Assembly: GCA_963783305.1 (NCBI GenBank) | Contig: CAWAMW010000017.1 | Span: 288,001 to 352,000, forward strand | DNA: 64,000 bases | Reading direction: 5' to 3' | Source of the DNA: an uncultured Gemmatimonadales bacterium | Lineage (GTDB): Bacteria; Gemmatimonadota; Gemmatimonadetes; Longimicrobiales; RSA9 | Shown here: piece by piece, positions 10,800 through 20,909 of the stretch | How positions within the stretch are numbered: position 1 is the stretch's first letter | How the letters are laid out: the number at the start of each line of letters is the position of its first letter | Position numbers and translations under genes: made by a program | The notes under the pieces: generated by a model | Seen by the model: only the letters and a program-made list of their open reading frames with translations | Told to the model about the DNA's origin: nothing | Database searches by the model: none

Positions 10800-11754
10800 A
10801 GCTGCGCTGGTGGTCCTGCTGTTCGCGGCGCCCTCGGCCCGGGCCGAGGCGCAGGGAGCGAACGTCCTGTTCCCGGTGGACTCGATCGAGCAGCGGCTCT
10901 CGGAGGGATCGTTCCGCGTCATCGACCGGCGCGAGTCCCGGGGGATCAGTGGTGAGCGCACCAGCCGCACCGCTCTCTCCTTCAGCGACGGCTTGCTGCT
11001 CGTGGTCAAGTGGGCCCGGGCCCCGCGCGGCGGTGAGGAGTTCAACAACAGCCCGCAGTACGAGCTGGCGGCCTACGAGGTCCAGAAGCTGTTCCTGGGC
11101 GAGGATGATTACGTGGTCCCGCCCACGGTGGTCCGGGCGTTCCCCATCGAGGAGTACAAGGCACTGGACGCCGGCGATCCGGACGTCCACCCCACCTTCC
11201 GCGGCACCCGGTCGATCCTGGCGGTCCTCCAGTACTGGCTCCTCAGCGTGACCCCGGAGAACATCTGGGACTCGGAGCGGTACCGGACCGACGGCGAGTA
11301 CGCCCGGCACCTGGGCGACTTCAACGTGCTCACGTACCTGATCCGTCATTCCGACTCGAACACCGGCAACTACCTCATCTCGACGAACCCCGATGCCCCC
11401 CGCGTGTTCTCCGTGGACAACGGGATCGCCTTCTCCAGCCGGGAGAGCAACCGCGGGATGGAGTGGCGCCGGATCCGGGTGGACAGTGTGCCGGCCGAGA
11501 CGGTGCAGCGGCTGCGGTCGTTGACGCGGGAGGACGTGACGCGGGCACTGGAGACGGTCGCGGAGTTCCGGGTCCTCCCGGACAGCACTCTGGAGCGGGT
11601 AGCGCCCACCCCCAGCTTCGACGGGGGCCGGGGCGTCCGGCGCTCCGGCGATCGGATCCAGCTCGGTCTCACCCACTCCGAGATCGGCGCTCTTTGGCGC
11701 CGGATCGGTCAGCTCCTCCGGCTCGTGGACACCGGACGGATCGGGGTGATCTGA
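10783..11754 (+). CDS. Secreted protein with atypical kinase-like (PI3K/PI4K-like) motifs
   Basis: Signal peptide (..ARA-EA); VKW, ELAAY, VPPTVVR, YLIRHSDSNTGNYL, VDNGIAF. Confidence 0.65.
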   Translation: MRRIFEAALVVLLFAAPSARAEAQGANVLFPVDSIEQRLSEGSFRVIDRRESRGISGERTSRTALSFSDGLLLVVKWARAPRGGEEFNNSPQYELAAYEVQKLFLGEDDYVVPPTVVRAFPIEEYKALDAGDPDVHPTFRGTRSILAVLQYWLLSVTPENIWDSERYRTDGEYARHLGDFNVLTYLIRHSDSNTGNYLISTNPDAPRVFSVDNGIAFSSRESNRGMEWRRIRVDSVPAETVQRLRSLTREDVTRALETVAEFRVLPDSTLERVAPTPSFDGGRGVRRSGDRIQLGLTHSEIGALWRRIGQLLRLVDTGRIGVI

Positions 11755-12197
11755 TGGACGTGACCTTCGCGGTCCTGGCCGACTACGCCAATGTCACCCG
11801 GGAGGGGAAGCTGAATGTGATGGGCATCTTCGACCGCGTGGTCGCGCGCCAGCTCCCGTCGCGCTTCCCGCCCATGCAGCTGGTGGTCCGGCTCGAGGCC
11901 CAACCGGAGGAGCTGGGGAAGGAGCACGCCATCCGCATCCAGCTGGCCGACCCGGAGGACGCGAGCCTCTTCGATCTGAACGGCTCGTTCACCCCGCGTG
12001 GGGCCGAGCCGCACCAGTCCGTATCGGTGAACCACGTGGTGGGGCTGGCCGACCTGCCTCTTCAGACCACCGGTGTGCATACCTTCAGCGTATGGATCGA
12101 CGGCGTGCGCAAGCGCGAGATCCAGCTCCGCGTGGACGAGCCGCCCCGCCACCGCCCGCCGCTGCCCGACACCGGGTCGGACCCCACCTTCCACTGA
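11754..12197 (+). CDS. Small beta-sandwich hypothetical protein (DUF6941-like)
   Basis: ATG overlapping the upstream TGA; FAVLADYA...GKLNVMGIFD N-terminal pattern. Confidence 0.7.
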   Translation: MDVTFAVLADYANVTREGKLNVMGIFDRVVARQLPSRFPPMQLVVRLEAQPEELGKEHAIRIQLADPEDASLFDLNGSFTPRGAEPHQSVSVNHVVGLADLPLQTTGVHTFSVWIDGVRKREIQLRVDEPPRHRPPLPDTGSDPTFH

Positions 12198-12240
12198 GGA
12201 AGAAGCCCCCGCCGGCCTGTTGCCGGCGGGGGCTTCTTCC
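12198..12240. terminator. Probable bidirectional terminator hairpin between convergent genes
   Basis: Perfect 19-bp stem ggaagaagcccccgccggc / gccggcgggggcttcttcc with a 5-nt loop. Confidence 0.8.
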
Positions 12241-12260
12241 ATGCCATGGTGGCCGCTCTT

Positions 12261-15200
12261 CTATCGACCGCCCGGCAGCCGCGGCGCGCCCCGCTCCTCG
12301 AGCCGCGCCTCCAGCGAGTCCAGCCGGCGGACCATCTCGTCGATCCGCGGCGTGACCGTCTCCAGCGACTCCTCCGCCAGCCGCAGCTGCTGTCGCTGCT
12401 GGTCGCTCGGCGCCGCCGTTGAGCCGTACGACGACCACATCACCATGCCGATCCGGTCCTGGATCGATGGCGGGGTCTCGAACTCGCGGCCCGCCACGCT
12501 GCGGTCACCCTCCAGCGTCTGACGCAGGACGTCCAGCCCGTCCTTGATCGCGCGCGCGTCAGTCATGATCTCCAGCCCGGTGTCCGACACGCGCCGGATC
12601 GCGAGCCGCGCCCGCTCCAGCCGCGTGTCCAGCTCGTCCAGGCGGTCGGACGCCACGCGGGCCCGGGCCATGAGCGCGTCGGCCTCGCGCTGGAACGACT
12701 CCAGCGACGCGCGGTCCTCCGTGGCCAGTGTCGCGTTGTGCAGAGGCACGACCTCGAAAGAGATCGGCCCCGCGAGCTCTGTCGGCACACCGTCCACCAC
12801 GCGGGCCATGGACACCGCGTAGGTCCCCGGAGCCGCGGGCGGCCCCGTCGGGTCGTCGTCGAACGGGTCGAACTCGCTTCTGGAGCTCACCGGGGCCCGG
12901 GAAGCCCAGCGAAGGTCCCAGTCGATCCGGTGGATCCCCTCGCTCGGCCGCGCGGTGAGACGCCGCACGACCGCCCCATCGGGGCGCGTGATGGTGAACA
13001 GGAGGTAAGGCGCCTCCTCGCGGTCTTCCCCCCTCATGGCCTCGAACGACGGGTACGCCACGGGCTCGCCCGCCTCCCGCGCACTGCTCTCCGCCTCCTG
13101 TCGCACCTCCTCGCGGGTCTTGATCCCATCCTTCAGGTAGTACGTGATCACCGCACCGAACGGCGGGTTCTCCGCCCACCAGTAGGCGCCGCCCTGGTAC
13201 TCCCTACCGCGCTCCTGCTCCACGTAGATCTGCGCGTCACGGACCGGGAAGATATGGGCATCCTGCGCCAGCACATCCTTGGTGGCCTCGCGGATCGGGG
13301 AGTAGTCGTCCAGGACCCAGAAGCCGCGGCCGAACGTCGCCAGGACGAGGTCGTTATCCCGTTCCTGAATCGCCAGGTCCCGCACCGCGATGGTGGGGAT
13401 CCCGCCCGTCAGGGGAGTCCAGTTCTCGCCGCCATCCCGCGTGAAGAAGACGCCGAACTCCGTGCCGGCGAACAGCAGCCCCGGGTCCGTCGGGTCCTCG
13501 GCAATCGCGTACACGCTCCCACGCTCCGGCAGGTCACCGGCAATGGAGCGCCAGCGGCGTCCGCCGTCGGTGCTCCGGAGGAGGTACGGCGTGAAATCGC
13601 CCATCTTGTGGTTGTTGAACGCCGCGTACACGGTGCCCTCGTCGTGGGCGGAGGCCAGCACCATGTTGACGTAGGTGCGGTCGGGGACGCCGGGGAAGTC
13701 CTCGTGGCGAGTCCAGGATTCGCCACCGTTCCCGGTGACCTGGATCAGCCCGTCATCGGTGCCGATGTAGATCAGCCCCTCGCGGACCGGGCTCTCCGAC
13801 AGCGCCACGATGTTCCCGTAGATGGACGTGGAGGAATTCTTCCCCACCGCGTCCATCCCCCACACCCGGCCCATGACCGGGAGCTCGTTGCGGTCGATCT
13901 GGCGAGTCAGGTCGCCGCTGACCGCCGTCCAGTTGTTCCCGCGGTCATCGCTGCGGAAGAGCTTGTTCGCCGCGAAATAGAGGCGGGTGTGGGAGTGCGG
14001 GCTGATGAGCAGCGGCGCGTCCCAGTTCCACCGGAGCGCCTCACTCGCGCCGGTTGGCTGTGGCTGTATGAACGTGGACTCGCCGCTCGCCCGATCGTAG
14101 CGCACCAGGAAGCCGTGCTGGCTCTGGGCGTAAACGATGTTCGGGTCCACCGGATCGACGGCGCTCTCGAAGCCGTCCCCGCCATTGGTGATGATCCAGT
14201 CGTCATTGCTGATCCCGGCCTCCGCCAGCGTGCGGGCCGGGCCACCCAGCGACCAGTTGTCCTGGGTCCCGCCGTAGACGTTGTAGAACGGCTCGGCGTT
14301 GTCCACGACCACCTTGTAGAACTGGGTCACCGGCAGGTTCGGCTTGAACTGCCACGTGGAGCCGTCATCCCAGCTCTCGTAGATGCCGCCATCCCCGCCA
14401 ATGAGCATGTGCTCCGTGTCGGACGGGTCGATCCACAGGGCGTGGTCGTCCACATGCCGGTTCGAGTTCGACAGCCGTTCGAAGGTCCGGCCGCCGTCCG
14501 TCGTCACGCGCGTATACGTATCCATGGCGAACACACGCTCGGCGTCCACCGGGTCGCAGATCAGCTCCTGGTAGTAGTTCCCACGACTCGTCCAGTCATT
14601 GACCTTGCTCCAGCTGGCCCCCCGGTCCGTGGACCTGAAGAAACCGCCCGCATCGCCCGCAGCCTCCACCACCGCGTACACATTGTCGGGACGGGCCGGC
14701 GACTGGCAGAGGCCGTAGCGGCCCACATCGCCAGAGGGCAGTCCGCGAGAGATCTTGTCCCACGTTGCGCCCCCGTCCAGCGACCGGTACAGGGCGGACT
14801 CGGGGCCGCCCGAGATCAGCGTCCACACGTGCCGGCGGCGCTGCCATGCAGCGGCGATGAGAACGTCCGGATCGCGCGGGTCCATGACCACATCGGTGAC
14901 GCCGGTGTGCTCGCTGATGTCCAGCACGCGGTTCCACGTGGCACCGCCGTCCGTCGTCTTGTAGAGACCGCGATCACCACCCGCGCTCCAGAGCGGGCCC
15001 TGGGCGGCGACGTACACCACGTCGGAGTCCCGAGGATCCACGACGATGGCGCCGATGTGCTCGCTGTTCTCCAGCCCCATGCGCGCCCAGCTCTTGCCGC
15101 CATCCAGCGATTTGTACACACCGTCCCCGTACGCCACGCTGCGCTGCGCGTTGTTCTCGCCCGTGCCGACCCACACGATGTGCGGGTTGCCCGGGTCGAG

Positions 15201-15485
15201 CGTCACGACCCCGATCGAATACGACCCCTCGCCGTCGAAGATCGGCCGGTAGGTCACACCCCCGTTCGTCGTCTTCCAGACCCCGCCGCTCGACACGGCG
15301 ACGTAGTACTCCGAGGGGTTCTGCGGATTCACGGCGAAATCGCTGATACGACCCGACGTGAGGGCCGGTCCGATCTCGCGCAGGCTCATCCCGCGGAAGG
15401 TGGAAGCGCTGTACTCCTGGGCGCCGGCCGGAACGGCCGCCACGGCCAGGAGGGCGAGCGCGAATAGCGCACGGATCCATCGCAT
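12261..15485 (-). CDS. Secreted BNR/Asp-box (VPS10/sortilin-like) beta-propeller protein, glycosyl hydrolase-like
   Basis: Signal peptide MRWIRALF..AGAQ; many SxDGGxTW Asp-box repeats; GGTQDN motif. Confidence 0.9.
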   Translation of the reverse strand: MRWIRALFALALLAVAAVPAGAQEYSASTFRGMSLREIGPALTSGRISDFAVNPQNPSEYYVAVSSGGVWKTTNGGVTYRPIFDGEGSYSIGVVTLDPGNPHIVWVGTGENNAQRSVAYGDGVYKSLDGGKSWARMGLENSEHIGAIVVDPRDSDVVYVAAQGPLWSAGGDRGLYKTTDGGATWNRVLDISEHTGVTDVVMDPRDPDVLIAAAWQRRRHVWTLISGGPESALYRSLDGGATWDKISRGLPSGDVGRYGLCQSPARPDNVYAVVEAAGDAGGFFRSTDRGASWSKVNDWTSRGNYYQELICDPVDAERVFAMDTYTRVTTDGGRTFERLSNSNRHVDDHALWIDPSDTEHMLIGGDGGIYESWDDGSTWQFKPNLPVTQFYKVVVDNAEPFYNVYGGTQDNWSLGGPARTLAEAGISNDDWIITNGGDGFESAVDPVDPNIVYAQSQHGFLVRYDRASGESTFIQPQPTGASEALRWNWDAPLLISPHSHTRLYFAANKLFRSDDRGNNWTAVSGDLTRQIDRNELPVMGRVWGMDAVGKNSSTSIYGNIVALSESPVREGLIYIGTDDGLIQVTGNGGESWTRHEDFPGVPDRTYVNMVLASAHDEGTVYAAFNNHKMGDFTPYLLRSTDGGRRWRSIAGDLPERGSVYAIAEDPTDPGLLFAGTEFGVFFTRDGGENWTPLTGGIPTIAVRDLAIQERDNDLVLATFGRGFWVLDDYSPIREATKDVLAQDAHIFPVRDAQIYVEQERGREYQGGAYWWAENPPFGAVITYYLKDGIKTREEVRQEAESSAREAGEPVAYPSFEAMRGEDREEAPYLLFTITRPDGAVVRRLTARPSEGIHRIDWDLRWASRAPVSSRSEFDPFDDDPTGPPAAPGTYAVSMARVVDGVPTELAGPISFEVVPLHNATLATEDRASLESFQREADALMARARVASDRLDELDTRLERARLAIRRVSDTGLEIMTDARAIKDGLDVLRQTLEGDRSVAGREFETPPSIQDRIGMVMWSSYGSTAAPSDQQRQQLRLAEESLETVTPRIDEMVRRLDSLEARLEERGAPRLPGGR

Positions 15486-15727
15486 GGTCTGTCTATCCCG
15501 TCTTCGGGTTTCTGTATAGGGCAGGCGGGGCAGACCGGAAGGTGGCGGGTGGTGCCGTACGGCGCCAGAGGAGAGATCGGCGTCGCGGCCGACCGCTCCG
15601 ACGCCAGGCCCCGGTCGGCGATCGCGGCTGGAGCGCCTCCCCCGGGGGCCCAGGGCGTTCGGATCACTCGTGCCCACCGCGGTCCCCCGATTCCTCTCGG
15701 AAGGCCGCCCCGCTACCTTGCAGGGCT

Positions 15728-17104
15728 ATGGCCCTTTTCACCCCTCCGCCCCGGCGCGAGCTCGGCTCGTTGATCCAGCTGGCACTGCCCATCGTGGCCG
15801 TTCAGGTGGGCCTCATGTTCATGGGGGTGGTGGACACGCTCATGGTGGGACGGGTCAGCGCCGCCGCCCTGGCCGCCGTCGCGCTCGGCAACCTCTACTT
15901 CTTCTTCATCGCCATCTTCGGCATGGGGACCCTCTTCGGCCTCGACGCCATCGTGTCGCAGGCGGTAGGGGCGGGCGACGATCGTGCGATCGCGCGCGCC
16001 ATGCAGCGAGGCCTCATCGTCGCGCTGGTCCTGTCCATCGCCTCACTTGTCCCCCTCCTGCTGGTGGAACCGGTCATCCGACTCCTCAGGCAGCCACCGG
16101 ACGTGATCCCCCTTGCCGCCGGCTACGTTCACGCCGCCACTCCGGGTATGCTGGCGTTCTTCGCGTTCGTCGTGCTTCGGCAGACACTCCAGGCCATGGA
16201 CCGGGTTCGCCCCATCGTGGTGGCCATCGTGGTGGCGAACCTGGTGAACGCCGCCCTGAACTGGCTCCTCGTGTTCGGACACTGGGGGTTCCCCACCATG
16301 GGACCCATCGGTACCGGCTGGGCGTCGACGATCAGCCGCTGGACCATGCTGATCCTCCTCGCCGCAATGACGCTCCCTCGACTCCACCCATACCTGCGGC
16401 CGGCAGGTCGGGTGGTGCTGCAGCCCCGGCCGCTCTGGCGCATGTTGCGCCTGGGCGCCCCCATCGGGGCGCAATTTCAGCTGGAAATGGGCGCGTTCGC
16501 CGCCGTGGCGCTCATCATGGGCTGGCTCGGTACCGCACAGATGGCCGGGCACCAGGTTGCCATCAATCTCGCCTCGCTCACGTTCATGGTCCCCGTGGGC
16601 ATCGCCCAGGCGGGCGCCGTGCGCGTGGGGCAGGCCGTGGGCCGGGGCGACCCCGCTGGCGCGCGGGTCGCCGTGAAGAGCGCGCTGCTCAGTGGCACCG
16701 TCTTCATGAGCTTCACGGCCATCCTGTTCCTGACGCTGCCAGGACCCCTGACGGCCCTCTACACGGACGAGCCGGAAGTGGTGGCCGTGGCGGTGACGCT
16801 GATCCCTATCGCCGGCGTGTTCCAGGTCTTCGATGGCCTCCAGGCGGTCGCCGCGGGCGTGCTGCGCGGCATAGCCGACACGACGGCTCCGTTCATCGCG
16901 AACCTGCTGGCCTTCTGGGCGGTAGGGATCCCGCTGGGGCTCTGGCTCGGGTTCGGGACGGGCGCCGGTCCCGTCGGCCTCTGGTGGGGGCTGGTCGCGG
17001 GTCTCGGGCTCGTGGCGCTGTTCCTCGTGGCACGCGTGCGTGTCCGCATGCGCCGGGACCTCAGCCGCATCGTCATCGACGACGACGGGCACGCGCCGCA
17101 CTGA
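15728..17104 (+). CDS. MATE family efflux transporter (NorM-like)
   Basis: VDTLMVG, SQAVGA, AGHQVAINL, FQVFDGLQ..G.LRG..DT; about 12 TMs. Confidence 0.93.
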   Translation: MALFTPPPRRELGSLIQLALPIVAVQVGLMFMGVVDTLMVGRVSAAALAAVALGNLYFFFIAIFGMGTLFGLDAIVSQAVGAGDDRAIARAMQRGLIVALVLSIASLVPLLLVEPVIRLLRQPPDVIPLAAGYVHAATPGMLAFFAFVVLRQTLQAMDRVRPIVVAIVVANLVNAALNWLLVFGHWGFPTMGPIGTGWASTISRWTMLILLAAMTLPRLHPYLRPAGRVVLQPRPLWRMLRLGAPIGAQFQLEMGAFAAVALIMGWLGTAQMAGHQVAINLASLTFMVPVGIAQAGAVRVGQAVGRGDPAGARVAVKSALLSGTVFMSFTAILFLTLPGPLTALYTDEPEVVAVAVTLIPIAGVFQVFDGLQAVAAGVLRGIADTTAPFIANLLAFWAVGIPLGLWLGFGTGAGPVGLWWGLVAGLGLVALFLVARVRVRMRRDLSRIVIDDDGHAPH

Positions 17105-17234
17105 CTCCCTCGACCTCCCGGCCGGCGGCGCCGGCCCCTGTCCCGTGTGATCGCACCGAGGGCGTGGTTCTTGTGTCGCTCTGGGCCCTGCCACACGTTT
17201 CTCACCAGTCTCCCCCCGAACCCGGATTGCTGCC

Positions 17235-18146
17235 ATGATGACGTTTCGCACGCTCCTGCCCGGACCTCGCCCCCTCCCCGCCGCCGCCGCGCTCCTGCTC
17301 ACCCTCGCGGCATGGACGTCGATGCCCGCCGTCGCGCAGGAGGAGACGGTGGCTTCCGCGGATCGCTGGCTGCCGCCCACCGCCGAGGGTGCGCTGGAGG
17401 CCCTGAACGCATCTCCGCGTCACGGCGAGTGGAGTATGGTCCGGCTGGCCGACGGCGACAGCGTCCGGAGCTGGATCGTATACCCGGAGCGTTCGGACGC
17501 GGCGCCGGTCCTGGTGGTGATCCACGAGATCTACGGCCTCACGAACTGGGTGCGCGCCGTGGCGGATCAGGCGGCCGCCGCGGGGTATATCGCCGTCGCG
17601 CCCGACCTGCTCACCATGCATGACGTCCCGGTGGATGCCGCCGGCGATCCGGAGCGTCAGGCGGCGGTGGCGGCCATCCGCGACCTCGACACCGACAGGG
17701 TACACCGCCAGATCCGGGCGGTGGCGGAGCACGCCATGGCGCTGCCATCGGCGCGGCCGGAGTACGCCATCACCGGCTTCTGCTGGGGTGGCAGCACCAC
17801 CTTCGAGCACGCCACGCGATACGATGACCTCGCAGCCGCAGTGGTCTTCTACGGCAGCTCACCCTCCGAGGAGGCGCTGGCCCGGGTGAGCGTGCCCGTC
17901 ACCGGGCACTACGGCGGCGATGACGAGCGTGTGAATGCCACCATCCCGCGCGCCCGCCAAGTGCTCGGTGATGCCTTCATCGCCAACATCCATCCGGGCG
18001 CCGGCCACGGCTTCATGCGCCAGCAGGACGGGCGGGACGGCGCCAACCTCCGCGCGGCGCGCCTGGGCTGGGGGATGCTCCTGGGCTTCCTGGACGGCGC
18101 GCGCCTGGAGGCCGCGACTCCCGCGGCGGCCGGCGGCGTTCAGTGA
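17235..18146 (+). CDS. Dienelactone hydrolase family protein (secreted)
   Basis: IHEIYGL, GFCWGG nucleophile elbow, AGHGF. Confidence 0.9.
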   Translation: MMTFRTLLPGPRPLPAAAALLLTLAAWTSMPAVAQEETVASADRWLPPTAEGALEALNASPRHGEWSMVRLADGDSVRSWIVYPERSDAAPVLVVIHEIYGLTNWVRAVADQAAAAGYIAVAPDLLTMHDVPVDAAGDPERQAAVAAIRDLDTDRVHRQIRAVAEHAMALPSARPEYAITGFCWGGSTTFEHATRYDDLAAAVVFYGSSPSEEALARVSVPVTGHYGGDDERVNATIPRARQVLGDAFIANIHPGAGHGFMRQQDGRDGANLRAARLGWGMLLGFLDGARLEAATPAAAGGVQ

Positions 18147-19921
18147 CCGACCGCTCCGGCGTCCTCGTCCCGCGGGTCGGGCGCGCCGTGGCGGAGGTCA
18201 GACGGCCCGACCACGATGACGTGGGCGTGCCCCTGGGTCCCTCGCATCTCCAGCGTGTGACCCCGGTCGCGTAGCCCCTGCAACACGGGTTCGGACCAGC
18301 GCCCGCCCTCCATGCGCAGCTCGTCCGGCAGCCACTGGTGGTGCACACGGGCCGCTTTCACGGCCTCCAGCGCGTCCATCCGGAAGTCCATCAGGTTCAG
18401 GCTCACCTGGAGGACGGTGTTGATGATGGTGCGGCCGCCCGGCGATCCGACCACCGCCAGCAGCTCCCCGGCAGGCGTCGTGAGGATGGTGGGAGTCATG
18501 CTCGACAGCATCCGCTGCTCCGGCCGGGCCAGGTTGGGGGTGGTGCCGATGAGTCCCGACGCAGTGGTGAGGCCGGGCCCGGGGTTGAAGTCGCCCATTT
18601 CGTTGTTGAGCAGGAACCCCGCGCCCGCCACCGTGATAGCGCTGCCGTAGCTGTTTTCCAGCGTATACGTGGTGGACACCGCCAGCCCGGCACCATCCAC
18701 TACCGAGTAGTGCGTGGTCTCGGTGCTCTCCGCCCCCGCCAGCGCGGTGTCCTCCACGACCGACGGCGTCGCGCGCCCGGCGACGATCCCGCTCCGGAGC
18801 TCGGCCGCATAGGCCTTGCTCGTCAGCCGGTCCAGCGGCACGTCGATGAAATCGGTGTCGGCCACGTACCGCGCGCGGTCCCGGTACGCCAGGCGCATGG
18901 CCTCCGCCAGATGATGGAGGTAGGCCGGTGAGTTGTGTCCCATCGCCGCCAGGTCGAAGCCCTCCAGGATATTGAGCATTTCCACCACGGCCGTTCCACC
19001 ACTCGATGGCGGCGGCATCCCGATGATCCCATAGCCGCGGTAGCTTCCCCGGATCGGCGCACGCTCCACCGGCTCGTATCGGGCCAGGTCCTCCCGCGTG
19101 ATCAGTCCGCCGCCCCTCTCCATCTCCTCTACCAGCAGCCGCGCGGTCTCGCCGGAGTAGAACCCATCCGCCCCATCATCGCGGATCCGCTCGAGCGTCC
19201 GCGCCAGGTCCGGCTGCCGGAGCACCTCGCCCACCTGGTAGGGTTCGCCATTGCGGTAGAAGGCCTCCAGCGTGGCCGGATACCGCCTCGCTCGCGACAG
19301 GAAGGACTCCAGCGACGATGCCGCGCCCGGCGTCATCTCGAACCCCTCCGCCGCCAGCCGGATCGCAGGCTGCACCAGCTGCTCCCACGGCAGGCTGCCA
19401 TACTTCGAGTGGGCGTACGCGAACCCCGCCACCGTCCCGGGAACCCCCACGGCCATGTGACTGTAGTGGTGCCGGTCCGGGTCGTACTCGCCATTCTCGT
19501 CCAGCCACATCCGGGGGTGCGCCGCCAGCGGGGCCTTTTCACGGAAGTCGAGGGTCGTGGCCGAGTCGTTCGGGAATCGGATCACCATGAAGCCGCCCCC
19601 GCCGATGTTCCCGGCCCTCGGATATACGACAGCGAGGGCAAACCCCGTCGCCACCGCCGCGTCCACGGCATTGCCGCCGCTCCTGAGGATCTCGTCGCCG
19701 ATTCGGCTCGCCAGGATGTGCGCTGAAACCACCATCCCGTCGTCCGCCACCGCGGCCCGGTCGGCCGGGACGGTCGCCTCCACGACGACGGCGTGCGCGG
19801 GAGCGGGGCGCTCAGAAGGCGTTGGCTCCGCGGCGGGCGCGGCGCAAGCGCCCAACGCGATCAGGAGCAGCGCCGGAAGATGGTGGTGGAGTCGTCTTGA
19901 ACCGATGGAGCGTAGAGTCAT
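18140..19921 (-). CDS. ggt: Gamma-glutamyltransferase
   Basis: GGNAVDAAVA, DFRE.AP, ETTHYSV, LNNEMGDF, SSMTPT, GSPGG. Confidence 0.96.
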   Translation of the reverse strand: MTLRSIGSRRLHHHLPALLLIALGACAAPAAEPTPSERPAPAHAVVVEATVPADRAAVADDGMVVSAHILASRIGDEILRSGGNAVDAAVATGFALAVVYPRAGNIGGGGFMVIRFPNDSATTLDFREKAPLAAHPRMWLDENGEYDPDRHHYSHMAVGVPGTVAGFAYAHSKYGSLPWEQLVQPAIRLAAEGFEMTPGAASSLESFLSRARRYPATLEAFYRNGEPYQVGEVLRQPDLARTLERIRDDGADGFYSGETARLLVEEMERGGGLITREDLARYEPVERAPIRGSYRGYGIIGMPPPSSGGTAVVEMLNILEGFDLAAMGHNSPAYLHHLAEAMRLAYRDRARYVADTDFIDVPLDRLTSKAYAAELRSGIVAGRATPSVVEDTALAGAESTETTHYSVVDGAGLAVSTTYTLENSYGSAITVAGAGFLLNNEMGDFNPGPGLTTASGLIGTTPNLARPEQRMLSSMTPTILTTPAGELLAVVGSPGGRTIINTVLQVSLNLMDFRMDALEAVKAARVHHQWLPDELRMEGGRWSEPVLQGLRDRGHTLEMRGTQGHAHVIVVGPSDLRHGAPDPRDEDAGAVGH

Positions 19922-20098
19922 TGCGTGGCCTGCAGGTCTGATGATCGTGGAAGCTCGTCCGGGAACCTACGGGACCCTCCGCCTCCCGGTCCAGTCCGCA
20001 ACCCGCAATCCGAGCTCGAGCCCGCTCTCACCGTGGCTCCAGGAAGCAGCGTGAGCAGAACGCGGGGCGCCTGCATCGGCTGAGATCGGCCCGGGCCG

Positions 20099-20869
20099 CT
20101 AGCGGCGATCCACGACGTACGCGTTGCGCTGCGCGGTCGGGAGGAGGACCATCCGGAGGGCGTTCACGTGGGGCGGAAGGTTCGCGATGTACGCCACCGC
20201 GTCCGCCACGTCGTCCGCCGTGAGCGGATCGAACCCCTCGTAGACGCTGTCCGCCCGCTCCCGGTCTCCGTGGAAGCGCACGACGCTGAACTCCGTCTCG
20301 ACAAACCCCGGATCCACGCTCGAGACCTTCAGTCGCGTGCCCGCCACGTCCAGGTTGATCGCCTCCGTCAGCGCCGTGACGGCAAACTTCGTGGCGTTGT
20401 AGACGTTCCCCTTCGGGTACACCTGGTGCCCGGCGGTACTGCCGATGTTGATGATGTGGCCCCGGTCGGCTTCGATCATGGACGGGAGGAGGAGCCGCGT
20501 CACGTTCAGCAGCCCCTTCAGGTTCGTGTCGATCATCCGGTCCCAGTCGTCGAAATCGCCCTCCTGGACCGGGCTCAGACCGGAGGCGAGGCCCGCGTTG
20601 TTCAGCAGGATGTGGGGCGCGCCCGTCTCCGTAAGCAGCGTGTCCACCGCTTCGCGCACGGCCGCGCGGTCCCGCACATCCACCGCGCAGGTGTGCACGG
20701 CCACCCCGTGCTCCCTGGTCAGGTCGTCCGCCAACCGCTGGAGCCGATCTTCGCGCCGAGCCCAGAGGGCCACGTCCGCGCCTTCCGCCGCGAGCCTGCG
20801 TGCGCAGGCCTCACCGATGCCGGCGCTCGCGCCCGTGACGAGCGCGAGCTTTCCCTGGATTCTGTTCAT
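20099..20869 (-). CDS. SDR family oxidoreductase (YdfG-like)
   Basis: TGASAGIG, NNAG, YNATK, VDPGFVETEF. Confidence 0.93.
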   Translation of the reverse strand: MNRIQGKLALVTGASAGIGEACARRLAAEGADVALWARREDRLQRLADDLTREHGVAVHTCAVDVRDRAAVREAVDTLLTETGAPHILLNNAGLASGLSPVQEGDFDDWDRMIDTNLKGLLNVTRLLLPSMIEADRGHIINIGSTAGHQVYPKGNVYNATKFAVTALTEAINLDVAGTRLKVSSVDPGFVETEFSVVRFHGDRERADSVYEGFDPLTADDVADAVAYIANLPPHVNALRMVLLPTAQRNAYVVDRR

Positions 20870-20909
20870 GGCGTCAAAGTCCGGTGTCGCGACGCGGGTG
20901 TCAACCGCC

